64,000 bases of DNA from Octopus sinensis (lineage: Eukaryota): positions 15,066,001 through 15,130,000 of the forward strand of contig NC_043004.1 of the NCBI RefSeq assembly GCF_006345805.1. Direction: 5' to 3'. Made by a program: the position numbers and the translations under genes. Under the pieces are notes generated by a model. That model saw nothing but the letters and a program-made list of their open reading frames with translations, searched no databases and had not been told where the DNA came from. Positions 12,180-28,383 of the stretch are shown here, in pieces (the stretch's first letter is position 1; every line of letters starts with the position of its first letter).

Positions 12180-12665
12180 ATAGTTTCAAATTGTGACACA
12201 AGATCAGCAAATTTAGTCTGGAGAGCTTACTCCATTGCAACAACTCCAGTACTTGACTGATACTTTATTTTATCAACTCTGAAAGAAGTAAAGAATTAAG
12301 TTGTCGTAGGGTGGATTTGAACTAAGAACATAAAGAGCAACAAGAGTAAGAAATGCAGCAAAGCATTTCGTCTGTCGGACTTACGACTTTGCTAGCTGAC
12401 AACACATGGTTCAGGAATAAGATTTTCTACAACTGGCGTAAGGCCTGAAATTTTGGTGGGTGCGAGCTACTCAATTACATAAAACCCACTAAATCACTGG
12501 TACGTATTTCATTCACCACACACAACGACCACCCAAAAAAATATATATATAATAATAATAATATAGAGGAAAGGTTGGGTGGCAAACTCAACAGAATTAG
12601 AAGAGGTACGAAATACTGATAAGTAGTGTACACGATGTGCTCATGATTCTGCCAGCTCGCAGGCT
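12180..12665 (-). mobile_element. Two degenerate SINE family B copies
   Basis: B2-tail-like starts at about 12185 and 12425; the heads end at about 12400 (tttgctagct) and 12660 (tgccagctcgc). Confidence 0.65.
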
Positions 12666-13079
12666 TAGTACCACAAATGTTAAATTCTTAATCAATGGCA
12701 ATTTTTTCTCCACACGGCATATTTTGATTTATTTCTCGTTATTTATTTAATTTTTTGTTAATGCCTTAAATGTGTAGTTTTTGTATGCCTTTCAATTCTC
12801 TATGCCAATCTTGGTCAAACTGTTGCTTGCAAGATTTGCTATATCAATGGCACGCCTAACGGAATGTTACCTTGAATTATTTTAATAGTGTGGTCGACTA
12901 ATCAAGACCTATGTCTCATGCAGCTCTATTCATTAACAATGTGTAAATTATTCTTTCATGAATGCTTCCGAGTACAACTGATTTTTTAAACATTATTTAA
13001 TTAATTATTAAATGATAAATATAAAAACTATTTCGTTAATATCACCATATTCTGTTCAAAATCTGGTAAGTAAAATGTA

Positions 13080-13490
13080 CTCTTTTACTTGTTTCAGTCA
13101 TTTGACTGCGACCATGCTGGAGCACCTCCTTTAGTCGAAGAAATCAACCCCAGGACTTATTCTTTATAAGCCTAGTACTTATTCTATCGGTCTCTTTTGA
13201 CGAATCGCTAAGTGACGGGGAGGTAAGCACACGTGGAGGTAAACACACCACCATCGGTTGTCAAGCGATGTTGGAGGATAAACACAGACACACAAACACA
13301 CAAACACGCACATATATATACATATATACCACGAGATTCTTTCAGTTTCCGTCTACCAAATCCACACTCGAGGCTTTGGTCGGCCCGAGGCAATAGTAGA
13401 AGACACTTGCCCAAGGTGCCACAGAGTGGGACTGAACCCGGAACCATGTGGTTAGTAAGCAAACTGCTTACCACTTAGCCACTCCTCCGC
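13080..13490 (-). mobile_element. SINE family A, full length
   Basis: Colinear with 290-725 over its whole length. Confidence 0.92.
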
Positions 13491-14347
13491 CTACGTAGTC
13501 CTTAAAATCATAAAAAGTCAAAGGGCTATCGAGATCATGATTGCTGATGGATTCAATTTTGTCCACTACTGTTATTTATCAGAAAATATGTTGACGTGTT
13601 GCATCTGGTCACTTCACTGATTTTGTAACTAATGCAATCTCGTGCGGTTTTTTACAATCAGAAATGTATTGTACAATTTATACTCCCTCTTATAAAACAA
13701 TCGAATGTGCTTTGAAAAGCATTTAGCTGTTATTTATGGAAGTTTTGGACGACCTAGTTAAACTGACAAGATTTTCTCACTGGAGCAGCATTATAATTTG
13801 TGAACATATTTTTTTTTTATTTCGGTATGTATTTTTGATTGAGTAACAATGATCATATCGGACATTTTTTCCCCTGAAGATCTCTAAATAATGAACTCAC
13901 GTTTGGTGAGGAATGTTCGGTTTCTCTGAGACAAAATTCAAGCCATAATATCCACCTTAAAGTAAATGTAATTGCTGACCATTAATGCACTCATTGATTT
14001 TATAAAAACTCTCTCTGCAGCACAGTCAGTCTAAACAACTGTCAAGTAACATAGTAACGTAGTATTTACTAAGAAAGTAACTTTTTTACAAATAAGTAAT
14101 GAAGCGCACGCACAAACACATACACATGCGCACACAGGCACACGCGCACAAACAGACATAAGCACACGTGCAATACATATAGAGATACACAACACATAGA
14201 AACACACAAGAATATATAAATGCGAGTGGGTGTATTATCTTTCGTCGATATAGTTGAAAACTTCAAAAAAATACTTCACAGTTTGTCTAAGCATATAAAA
14301 TATATGACTAAATACACATAGAACACATTCACTCACATACGCGTCTG

Positions 14348-14410
<63 letters not shown>

Positions 14411-14464
14411 CATACATGCAGGCATAAATACATAACTCAGAGACAAAAGCATACATTACATATG

Positions 14465-14502
<38 letters not shown>

Positions 14503-14528
14503 GCATATATGCATACATATAAATATCC

Positions 14529-14568
<40 letters not shown>

Positions 14569-15259
14569 ATATAATATATATATATACACATATATATATA
14601 TACATATACATATATGTATTATGTATTTTCTTATGTACGTATGTACAATCTCTTCTTTTTATTTCTTAAGACACAGAAATCAGCATTTGTGTGAAATCAA
14701 TAAGAGGAGTATGTAAGCTTAAGAACTTGACAGATTACTTACTGCCAGGGAGATTTAAGCAGAGAAAATAAAGCGGATTATAACGAACGTTAGTCTTCAT
14801 ATTGTTAGGATAAAGCAAACTTGCTATCCGGGAAGGAGACTGCCTCCAGATTTTTTAGATTTTTTTTAGCAAAAATTATTAGAAACTCGAACAAGTTTAT
14901 AAAACACATTAGCACATATGTTATCTATAAAGGAAAAAAAATAAAACGTCACTACAATTTTGCTTAAAGAAATAAAAAATATTATAAAATATATTTTCTA
15001 TATAGTAGGGTATATGTACATCCTCTTATATTCCTGAAAGCAAATCTTTATATATTGATAATGGCAGGAATTTTATAAATTCTTTTATTTTAGTATGCCA
15101 TCTTATATTCGAGACACAATTATTCGTCAGAATAATTACATTCTTCTGTTTTTTTTTCATCATTGTCGCTGAGCTGTAATAGAATATTCGCGTCTCTGTG
15201 TGTGTATATACATATGTGTGTGTGTGTGTTTATACTTACGTAAATATTTATGCGTTTAA

Positions 15260-15356
15260 GTTAATGTATATATTTATATTTATTCATATATGCATATATG
15301 TATGTATATATATATATATACACGCATATGTCTCTACGTATATATGCATATATATG

Positions 15357-15415
<59 letters not shown>

Positions 15416-15520
15416 TTTGATATATATACATATGTATATATACATATATATTTGTATACATATATATGTATGTATATATATATATATGTGTGTGTGTGTG
15501 AGTGTGTGTCTGTATACATA
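15260..15520. repeat. (TA)n/(TACA)n/(TG)n compound microsatellite
   Basis: Direct reading. Confidence 0.97.
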
Positions 15521-15846
15521 TACAAATACATATGACAACACACCCAAACACACAACACACAGAGAGGCCTGCATATATGTTTGTGTCACTCGCTTCATCA
15601 ATGTACGCATTTTCATTGTCTTTATGACAATTAACACCAACATAACGTGTATTACATTTTACTTGAAACTGCTAGTATTTTTAAAGTTCAAGACTAACTC
15701 ATTCTCATTCCTTCTGAATTTAGATTACTTCTTGTATCATATATAACAAATATAGATTAGGCAATTTTCAATATCTGACAATGACATGTGTGTAATCATA
15801 TACATATATCCATTCACAGACACAAAACTATATCATGCCTGCATGT

Positions 15847-15940
<94 letters not shown>

Positions 15941-16155
15941 GTGTATGTGTGCGTATATATATGTATGTATGTATATATATACATATATATATATTTATAT
16001 GACTATAACGCGGATAGAACAAGATACTGATAACAAAACAGCTGTTCAAAAATGGAATAAATATTTCATTACATCTCTGCAATTTGTTTAATTTGGCTGC
16101 GTGATTAGAAGCTTGTTTCCCAGTTATAGCATCTTCTCCTATAGACATATATTGA

Positions 16156-17161
16156 AGGGGTAAAATCAAGCACATCAACATAAAAATCTTTGCAGATGAT
16201 TCTAGGCTACAGAAGGTCATAAATGAGGCGAGTGACCGGACATGCCTTCAGTCAGATCTACTGGCTGTTATCCAATGGGCAGAAAAAAACAATATGCTGC
16301 TGAACGAGGATAAATTTGAGTTAATCCACTTTCGAAAAGAGGATGCCCTGAAACTCCCATACTCCCTTCCTTCAGGTGAAACTCTCGCGGCGTCCAACAA
16401 CATCAGAGACTTGGGAGTAATTGTGGACAACAACATAAGCTGGGCCACTCATATAAACACCAAAGTTGACATGGCCTGCAGAATGTGTTCCTGGATTCTC
16501 AGAACTTTCCAGTCGAGAGATATCCACACCATTATCCTTCTCTTCTCCACTTTTGCCCGACCCCACCTTGAATACTGTTGTCCACTGTGGTCTCCCCACA
16601 CAATACAAAGTATCATAAAAGTTGAAGCACCTCAAAGGGCAATCACAAAAAAGATAGATGGCATGACAGGCCTCGACTATTGGGGTCGACTAGAAAAGCT
16701 AAAACTTTATTCTCTCCAACGTCGTCGTGAGCGCTACATCATCTGCATGATGTGGAAAATATTCCATCAGCATTGCCGAAATGATGTTGGCATCACCTTT
16801 AAGGTACATCCAAGGCTTGGGCCCCGTGCCATCCGCCCAAAACAAAAATCGCACTCTCATCTCATAACAACAATACGGCACAATTATTTCACCTCAATTG
16901 GCCCCGCTCTCTTTAACATTACACCAAAACACATTAAAAGAGAAACTGACCCTATAGGGTTCAAGAAGTCTTTGGACAGATTCCTTCAAGAAATCCCGTA
17001 TAAACCCCCTACACCCGGTTATGTCTCTGTAAACAATAACTCTCTACTTGAGTGGGCCATAGTGCCCAAATTCTGACTTGAAAGACTTCACCAGGTGGTG
17101 CTATTAAGTTAGACATGGCCTGGACCAATAATGGCCGAAACCTATCAAAGTATCAAAGTAT

Positions 17162-17165
<4 letters not shown>
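16156..17165 (+). mobile_element. 5'-truncated CR1-group LINE: RT C-terminal part of ORF2 plus 3' UTR
   Basis: The frame is open from 16156 to 17076. It contains the RT motif IKIFADD, then LQSDLLAVIQWAEKNNMLLNEDKF, ARPHLEYCCPLWSP and LKLYSLQRRRERY, all typical of CR1/L2-group ORF2. The 3' end is a (TATCAAAG) octamer tail followed by (TA)n. Confidence 0.93.
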
Positions 17166-17233
<68 letters not shown>

Positions 17234-17269
17234 CGTGTGTCTTTATGTATGTTTTGATCCCCGATGCCC

Positions 17270-17457
17270 CCATCCTCGTTTGACAAACGGTGTTGGATAG
17301 TTTACATCCCCGTAACATAGGGGTTCGGCAAAGGGATCTATAAAATAACTACTTGGCTTTAAAATAAATCCCGCGGTCGAAATGTTCGATAAAAGCCCTT
17401 CAAGGCGGTGTTCAGCATGACCGCAATCAAATGACAGAAACAAGTAAAAGAATAAAA

Positions 17458-17460
<3 letters not shown>
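17270..17460 (+). mobile_element. SINE family A, 3' half
   Basis: tttacatccccgtaac..cagcatgaccgcaatcaaatgacagaaacaagtaaaagaataaaagaa tail. Confidence 0.85.
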
Positions 17461-17502
<42 letters not shown>

Positions 17503-18416
17503 AATATTCAATAATTATAAATATAATTATAAGTAGGGATCAGCTAATTGGTTCGCAACGCATCGAATTTAGAATTAGGAACCAAATTTTTATTTCTACT
17601 ATCGTCATGATCTCCCAGACAGTAAGACACTTATTTGTATAATTTTACCTAAAAAGTTTATTTTAACATACCGTTCTACTTGGTAAAATTATTAATTATT
17701 AATTAATAAATTGATTAATTAATGAATTTTAACCTTTCATTATTAATATATATATAATGCAGTTACTTTTGGTGGTTACTTTACTGGCAACGAAACACAA
17801 ATCCTTATTTGCTGATGTGTTGGCATAATTTTGTATTTTCCTAATTACTCATCGCGCTATCAAATATGTCAATAATACTGCTGCAAATGTAGGCGGAAAT
17901 GTCTCACTATGTTTGCACTCGTAGTAACCTATTTACCACTGGGAACTATTACACGTGCGATTTTTTAAAGTTCTTTTTTCCACAAGTTTTTAGGCAAATA
18001 AACACATTTTTTAGGAGATTTTACTGCATGGGATAAATGTACTATTTTCTCCGATCATATGTCAGTCGTTAAGGAGTAATGAACTTTTGTATGGTTCATT
18101 AATTATCTGTTTCCACAAACACAGTGTCAATGCTTTCGGGCTAACTGAGCGATACTTTACTTAAGTGATACCCACATTTATCACGCTGATTGCTTATGCA
18201 TATATTGCCAGTAAAATGTGCTAAGTTATATATTTTATTATGCATTAAATGGCGAAGCAAAATGTCAAGGATATAAAGCCTAATTCAATTTTGGTACCGG
18301 ATGCTTGTTGTATTTATAAATGTACGACAAATAATGTTTAACGAAAGAAATTCCTTACGAGAAGGAAATCCTTCACATTAAGCTATGTATTGTATCCTAT
18401 TATCTCATCGTTGCAG

Positions 18417-19349
18417 ATATGTAGTGAACCTGTGATTATTGCTTCCTTTAAAGCATGTAAGGCATGGAGATACTGCTTATATATTATGATATAAAATATA
18501 TGCATCAAATGTCTTTAAATACTGCTTTTCTTTTGTAAAAAATTTTTCACAGAAATGCTATCCTATGTTTTGTCCAAATGAATAAACCAAATAATATGCA
18601 TAACAATATCTGTAATCGTGAAGTATATTTGAAACTTAAATGTGGCTGACTCTTAAGGGTTGATGCTACTGTTGCTTGTATCCCCAGGAATGCATCTCCT
18701 CCAGCTGGGTATTGACACACTATCTGTGCCCTATCAGTATTTACAAAGGAAAATCACCGCACCCTTCTCCATTTCCAGCCTGGAGATGGGGACGATGACT
18801 TCCCTTTGCAAATACTGATAGGCAACAGATAGTGTGTCAATAGTCAGCTGGAGGAGATGCATTCCTGGGGCTACAAGCAACAGTATAATCAACCCTTAAG
18901 AGTTAGCCACATTTAGGTGACCAATATACTTCACGATGTTGTGCGACAACTGTTTATACCTCGCTCAGAGATTAATATATGTAATGTTTGGCACAAATTA
19001 TATCTTTTTACACTTTAACTGATTGAGAAGGCAAAAAGTTAAATAATAAAATATTATCAGCAACAACAACAAAAGAAATCTCAATTTTTTATAAGTCTTC
19101 TCGTATATATTTTCAAATATTACTTTCAGTTTGACAGCATTTATAGAAAAATATCACAGTGATATTTTCATGTATTTGCTTAATCAATTTCAGATAACAT
19201 TTCTTCAAAAAAAAGAGAAAAAAGAAATATGCTGTGCAGGTAAGTGTACACATAATTTGTGTATAAGAGTATAGTCAACAGAAAATAAATATAAATACAA
19301 GCATTGATTAAAACTTTACTTCAGATATGGTTGGGCTTTGGGCCCATGA
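18417..19349 (+). CDS. Candidate spliced CDS end: exons 18417-18456, 19194-19239, 19325-19349
   Basis: Canonical sites (ttgcag|..CAT|gtaagg; tttcag|..CAG|gtaagt; ttacttcag|) and an 85-nt intron. Phases 0-1, 1-2 and 2-stop give ICSEPVIIASFKAYNISSKKREKRNMLCRYGWALGP*. Confidence 0.35.
18615..18937. mobile_element. Long-TIR MITE (arms about 145 bp)
   Basis: The left arm atcgtgaagtata..tgtggctgactcttaaggg..ccccaggaatgcatctcctccagctg is mirrored by the right arm. A related copy lies at 40.9 kb. Confidence 0.8.
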
Positions 19350-19600
19350 TCGATTCCTTGACTCGGCAGAGTTATGTTTGTCCGTAAGGAACACGCTACA
19401 CTCCTGTCTATTCCCTAAAAATATATACCAACCGAGTGCTGCAGTGACACCTATTCCTCCGATTGACTCTTCCGGAAGAAGTGTGATAGAACCTTACAGA
19501 ATGTTTAATGTCTGTTTGCGACTTTAAGAGCTTGACACATGATACATGCTTGTGTGTGAAATGTAGACTCGACAACATCGGATAAAAATATATAATTATT

Positions 19601-20886
<1,286 letters not shown>

Positions 20887-21694
20887 AGCTTTTATGATAT
20901 CTATTTAGCATTTTAATGTTTGCTGTATTAAATGCGTTAATATTAATTTAGCCATTGTCAGATATATGTGTTACCCAATCAGCTTTAAATGTTTATTTGC
21001 TGAGTTGGCATGCATGTACACTTACGTACACTCACAATTAATAAATTATTTATTAGTCTAAATTTCGGGGACATCATTTTGAAATTGTCCCTTCTCTAAT
21101 GAAGAGGTTTCAATAGGCTGGGTTGTTTTCCCAGTTTTTCTCTCAGGGCAACAAAGAATTTCTCTCGTTGACTATAAATTATTTAAAACGTTATTAAAGA
21201 AGTTAGTTACAGCTAGATCAATAACTAAATTATTTCAAAGTATATGTCACGGATTATTAAGTAAGGTTTTACGAGAAATATCCTAGGGCGTACCTAGCCA
21301 ATGCAATCAATCTTTAAAGTAAAACGAAGGCAACAATTAAAAAACGGGATATATTTATCTCATAAAATTTGTCGCAAAAGCTCTCATGTATGTATTTGAA
21401 AAACTGCAGTATATTGCAGAACATCTACGGAATTTTTGATTAGTTAAGCAAATCGAAGCGAAGGAAATGCGTCACGAAATTGACAGCTGTGAGGAACATG
21501 TCAAAACTGTTCACTATCAAAATATTCTGTCAAAAATCATAAAATATTAAATAAAATTTTTAAAAGTGTGCCTTTTAATTTTTCCTATTTCTCTTCTTTA
21601 TACGAAATGTCTCTACTGTGTGTGTGTGTGTGTGATTGTGTGTGTGTGTGTGTGCGTGTGTGTATATATATGTATGTGTGTGTGTGCACATATA

Positions 21695-21734
<40 letters not shown>

Positions 21735-22554
21735 TGTACGTACATATACGTACACATATATACACAGATATGCAGATACACATATATGTGTGTGTGTGAA
21801 TGTTTGTGTGTACGTGTGTGAGAAAGGTTGTGTGTCAAGCCGTCTACATAACTCAATATTTTTAGCCCTCTTTCTTATCTCCTATTTCTCTACATATATA
21901 TTTTTCTTTGGGCATATTTCAAGTTGTTAATTTGCAGAATTCATGACTGTCACGAACAAATTGGCAAAACATTTCTGTATAAATTAAGGTAGCTTTTGTT
22001 TAAATCAAGTTAGCTTTTGTTTAAGTCAAGTTAGCTTGACTTATTTGGATTAGTTGATGTATACATGCATGCGCTTTCAAGTAGAAAAGCCTGTGCTCGT
22101 AGGTTTGCCTGTCTCTATAGAACACACGTTTATGAACCATTATTACTCGCGTGTGCATTGATATGTATGCAATGGTGATATGCAATTATGTGCATACGTT
22201 CAACAAGGAAACGCCAATGGATAATTCCTAAAATATTTTTAGGAATATACACTGCTCTTCTGATTGATTCTTTCTGCAGAGGGCGTATAAAATATAGTTT
22301 CATCGGATGCAGGAGACTTCAAACTCTATATCTCAAGAATTAATTAATTTTTTGTCACTAGGTTCACTCATAGCACAAATAGGCAATAGTCACGTAGATT
22401 TCAAGTTATTTATACCATCTATCACTGATGATAGGAGAGATAAACAGACAATCGCTATCTATATTCTGTGCCTGATTGACGTCGTTCGCTGAGCCTCGGT
22501 CTTCTCTTGTCATTTGACTGCTCTTCAGGATTTAAGTCATGTATTTCCTATATG

Positions 22555-22585
<31 letters not shown>

Positions 22586-23779
22586 TTATGTATGTATGTA
22601 TGTATGTATGCATGTATACATGTTTGTATTTATATATGTATATATGTGGGTGTGTGTGTCTACATGTAAGTATGCAGGTATCAATCTATCCATGTATGTA
22701 TGTACTCATGCATGTAGGTAGGTAGGTAAGTAGGTAAGTAGGTATGGTTGCAGAATATATATATACACACATACATAGATTAATAGACGTAGAGATGACT
22801 ATGTATGCGAGCTGTTCCCCATCATGACCCCAGTCTAATAACAGAAAGTGATAGAAGATAAATGATGTCAGTATGCTTGTGCATGCGTTTATCTTTATAT
22901 GTATATCGATAATTACACATAGGTATATATATATATTATATATATATATATATGAGAGTCTCAACTGTTAATACACACGCCACACATATACACACAAACA
23001 TACAACAACACAGATACATACATATACAAAACACAGAGATAAACACGCTCATATACAGGTAAAGTATCTACACGCCTACTTACTAGTTTGTGAGATTACT
23101 GAACACGTGATAAAATTAGAGCACATTAGACAGAAATAGCAATCTAGAAAATCAAAGTAATATAATTATGCCACAAACATTCATCAGAAAAGCGACAAGA
23201 TTGCAAAATCCATTACCGATATTTTTATCTGCTCAAACTGGTTTTCCGGACTAAGAAGAAAAATAGTCTACATCTTGACGAAATATCGATGATTTAATGT
23301 GGATCGAAGGCACTTTGTTATAGAGTTTTAACATTTGCACAGCGTAATCAGAGAGATAATAGTAAGACGAACTTTCAAAGTATTATATTTTAAACGGAAA
23401 TCTAAGGCTGCCTAAAGAACCCCTGCAATGTCTGTCTTTTTATAGTTAATCTATAAAGAGAGGTGAAAGTATTTCAGTTTACTTGCCAATGTTAAAGGCC
23501 GAACCGAAGAGAATCTCCAAAAGTTTGTTTACTTCCTCAAGAGAAACTTTCTTCTTCGGTTTCGTATCTCTCTTATATTTACAATGTACATGCTATTTTT
23601 CCCTTTCGTTATATTTTTCTATTTCTCTTTCTACGTACGCTCGTTTACGTATCTATGAATGTATGAATGTATCTATGAATACATACACACAAACACTCAC
23701 ACAAACACGCACACACATGCACATATATATGAATGTACATATGTATGTATATAGGTATGTTCATACGTATCTATACACA

Positions 23780-24045
23780 GACCCATATACATAAATACAT
23801 ACATACATACATACATACATACATACATACATACATACAGAGACAGACAGACATACATACAGAGGCAGACAGACATCTAATTATATATATATTAGTTGTA
23901 AATCTACATAAGTAGTTTCTGACGGGCCTAGATTTTCGGGCATGACACTTAGCATTTTTATCCGAAGATACTTTCGCCATCTCCTTCTATACAATACACC
24001 ACATATAAAAGTATATGCATACCTGATACATATATGCATATATAA

Positions 24046-24076
<31 letters not shown>

Positions 24077-24256
24077 ATAGATATATATATAACTATATTA
24101 TATACATATATATACATATATATACATATATATATATTAGATATACATATATATACATATATATATATATATATAAATAGATGTATATACATATATATAT
24201 TATATATATATAATATATATACATAACATACATACATATATATAATATATAACATA

Positions 24257-24294
<38 letters not shown>

Positions 24295-24335
24295 GATATA
24301 TATATATTATATATATATATACAATACACACACAT
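23780..24335. repeat. (TACA)n and long degenerate (TA)n microsatellites
   Basis: Direct reading. Confidence 0.95.
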
Positions 24336-24954
24336 GCACAAAAAATTGTTCCCGCAATCAATTTATATCAATCGTTGTGTAAAGAAGCCTATTTATATTT
24401 GTGAAAACAAAGCTGTCGAATTGTGATCAAAAGGGCGCAAATGACAACACGATTTGTCTGTGAATGCAGCCTACTGACATAAATACTGACAGAAGTGGCA
24501 GAAATACACACAACACTTTCACAAGCGTTGCTGAACGCTTTTTGTCACCTACTAGTAGATCTGTTTTTTTTTTTTTTTTCAAAAAAATAGCACGTTCATA
24601 AGAGATATTATCACTTCGTAGAACTATTAGATATCGAACATTATCTGATAACATGTAGAGATATTTGCGAACCCTAAAATATTCACATATACATCGCTGT
24701 AATAGAGCGCTAACGGCATGGTATAAAGTGGAAACTGTATGGGAACTTCAGGTTCGAATATAATATAACCTTATCCATCTATTTAACTCGCTACCTGTAC
24801 TTTATCTCACAACTTTGGAGCGAAATAGTGAAAGAGCCTACTTATGCAAACACTTTTTCTATCACTCTCTTTCTCTCCCTCTTTATATAATTTAATACAT
24901 GCATTATATATATATATATATTAATACATGCATTATATATATATATAATATATA

Positions 24955-24985
<31 letters not shown>

Positions 24986-26319
24986 TATATATAAAATCCA
25001 TATAAATCAATGAAATACTTCTTTTCACGTTTAAATAACCGTATGAATCGGAGAGATATACTTATTTATTGGCCGTAAATATAGGTATTACTAAAGCAAG
25101 AAATTCACTGAACATGTTCCTGTCCGACTGTAAGATATTCATCGATGATGTTTTATTGCCTCGAAGATTTGATAGAATATCTTCGAAAGCTGCTTCAGCA
25201 CATAAATGATTTAAACCGGTTTCTGTTTATCATATTCTTAAGTGGAAGCTATTTTCTGATTTTTCTTCATTTCCTTTCCTTTCTATAGAAACAAGTATTG
25301 AACAACGCGAAGGATAGATTTGATTGGTTTGCAGTTTCTTGTAATAACTTCATTGCTTGACTAGCTCCTCTGTAATCAGAGCTGGCGTCAGTTTGCAATG
25401 AAATATCATTATTGTTGTTGTTATTATTAATAATATTATCAGTATTGTTGTTGCTGCTGTAGTAGTAGTTGTTGTTATTATTATCATCATTTCTTATATG
25501 GATATTCGCATATGAAATCACAAGCAACACTGCGAATATCAAAGTTTCGAACGTGAATGAGACAAAATGAAAAGATATACACATATATTGATTACCTTTC
25601 AGATATTCAGGATTAATTTTATTATTATTATTGTTGTTGTTATTGTTATTATTATTAATATTCTTATTATTATTAATATTATTATTATTATTGCTGTTGT
25701 TTGTTGTTGTTGTTGTTGTTGTTGCAATTCCTCCTTTCTCATGTCAGTGTGTTTTGTTGCATATTTCTATTTGATTACAGGACAAAACTGGAATCTTGCT
25801 TCTCGATAATAAATGGCTAGTGATAATGTACTTATTATTTCTCTTGTTGTCGATAAATATTCATCGATAGTTGGAATACGCATGCATTAGAGCGGATACA
25901 AAATCAATTAATATCCATCTGTTTCATATGAAAATCCAACCGGCGAGATTTTAAAATGATTCCCGCAAGACGTGACTTACCATGAAAAACGATGTGTTAA
26001 TATTTTAAGTCGCAATATTCAGCGCACTGTCACAATTATGGCAATTATCGATAACCATCGGCAAGACTATACTTACTGGTAATATATCTCTCGGTTTATA
26101 TATATATATATATTTATAGCTTAACAATTGCTGAGAGTAATTTTTGTTACCCCGCTTCCGAGGACTGCGTCTCAACGTTATCGTTCCACCTGTCTTTTAG
26201 CGTAGGTAGTGATTCTTACATAAATCATGCATTTCGCTATAATCGTACACCTGACTAATATCCTATATTTGACTAAATGCATTAACGATATATGTATTGT
26301 ACTGATAATAGTTAATTAA

Positions 26320-26760
<441 letters not shown>

Positions 26761-26913
26761 GAGAAAAAGATAAGGATGTAAAGGTTGTTAATAGGTATGT
26801 TCATATTTGAGTACACGAATATATGAAAACTTCTATGCATATATCTAGATCGTTCTCTATATCTATCACTTTCTCTCCGTCTGTCCCTTCTCTCTTTCTC
26901 GCTTTCTCTCTCT

Positions 26914-26970
<57 letters not shown>

Positions 26971-28383
26971 ATATGTATATGTATGTATGTATATATTTAT
27001 TCCTAAATTCATATATATGTACGTATGTCTGAAACTGTATGCATTTATGTGTGGGTGCACAAGCCCAGAACTGGACTGATATTTATTCATCATATGAGAC
27101 AATTACAGCTGCATCACGCACTACATAGCATACGATTAAAATAATTATGAGATGAAGCGGAAACATCTGTCTGGGAGAAATTCTAGCAGTGTACTAGACG
27201 GAATATAATGTTTTAAGCTTGCCGTTATTACCCTTAAAATTAGCTATAATTTGTCATGCTCCATTACACGCGTGTGTTTTATCTGCAATGTAACTTAATG
27301 ATATTCACAGCGCTTAAATAAATATTACTTAAGCAGAAGCCTGTCATGTTGCTTACTAACAGTGACTTAATTTTTAATGACATAACTACTGATATAAACG
27401 CTGCGTGACTTTAGGTGAATATCTGTAATCCCTTCACAGAAAGTAAACGTTTTTCAGTTACAATGATCGCAAGGAAATTATTGATTATAACAAAATATTC
27501 ATGAGTAACTAATCAAAAGCGCTGCATGCTAATTTTTGGTTCCTAAAGAAAAAAATAAAATAACTCAATTCTGTTTGATGTAATTTTAGCTGTTTTACGG
27601 ATATGGGTTCTCCAGCAGACGTCAGCCATTCAAATGAGTAGGCTGACTGATTTGGAATTTTGCAAATATTGTGTTCGGGTTTGGGTGTTTTTAAGTGAAT
27701 CTAGATTGATTGTCAAATTTCCATTTCTGAATATTTCTTGGTTTTAGTTTTGCTAAATTTTGTTAAATTCTCAGATAGCAATTGATAGAAGGAGAAAAAT
27801 GTAATGCTTTGACATTCGAGTTTTGTAACTTGAAGTAGCAATAGAAATTCTTAGAGGCATAAAGCGATAAATATATCAGAAAATTAAAAACCTGATAAAA
27901 AAAAATCTTTGGTTGGTGATGGTGTTGTGTATGCTCTAACATCGTGGGAATACAACTTATTTTCAAAATCGATTTCAAAGTAAACATTTTTTATATGATG
28001 GTCTGTCATCTTCGCGGATGACATTGTATACAACATATTTTAGCTGAAATTTTCTTTTGTTTGGCATTTAGGTTAGAGTAAGGTGCAAAAGTCAATTTAT
28101 TATTAAATTATGAAAGAAAATAAAATGTGACGTTTGTATCTGTCTCATATCAACCACCTCTTGCCATTTGATGTTTATAAAAAAAATTATCCTAAAATAT
28201 ACACTTTACCACAAAATAGAAATATATTACTCTTACGTGTTTGTATGTGTTTCTTTTTTTTTTCATGCCAAACAGTTTTTTTTTTTTTCAGTATATATTG
28301 GTCTGCAAATATCAATTCTCGACGTCGATTGCATGAATCTCACTTTCTATAGAATATGTGAAGTTCATGGGTATTGCGAGTTC

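Noticed and set aside
14671-14788. Two adjacent exon-like segments
   Set aside because: The implied intron is only 40 nt and nothing independent supports them.
25267-25809. Asn-rich and Ile-rich ORFs
   Set aside because: They are built on (AAT)n/(GTT)n repeats.
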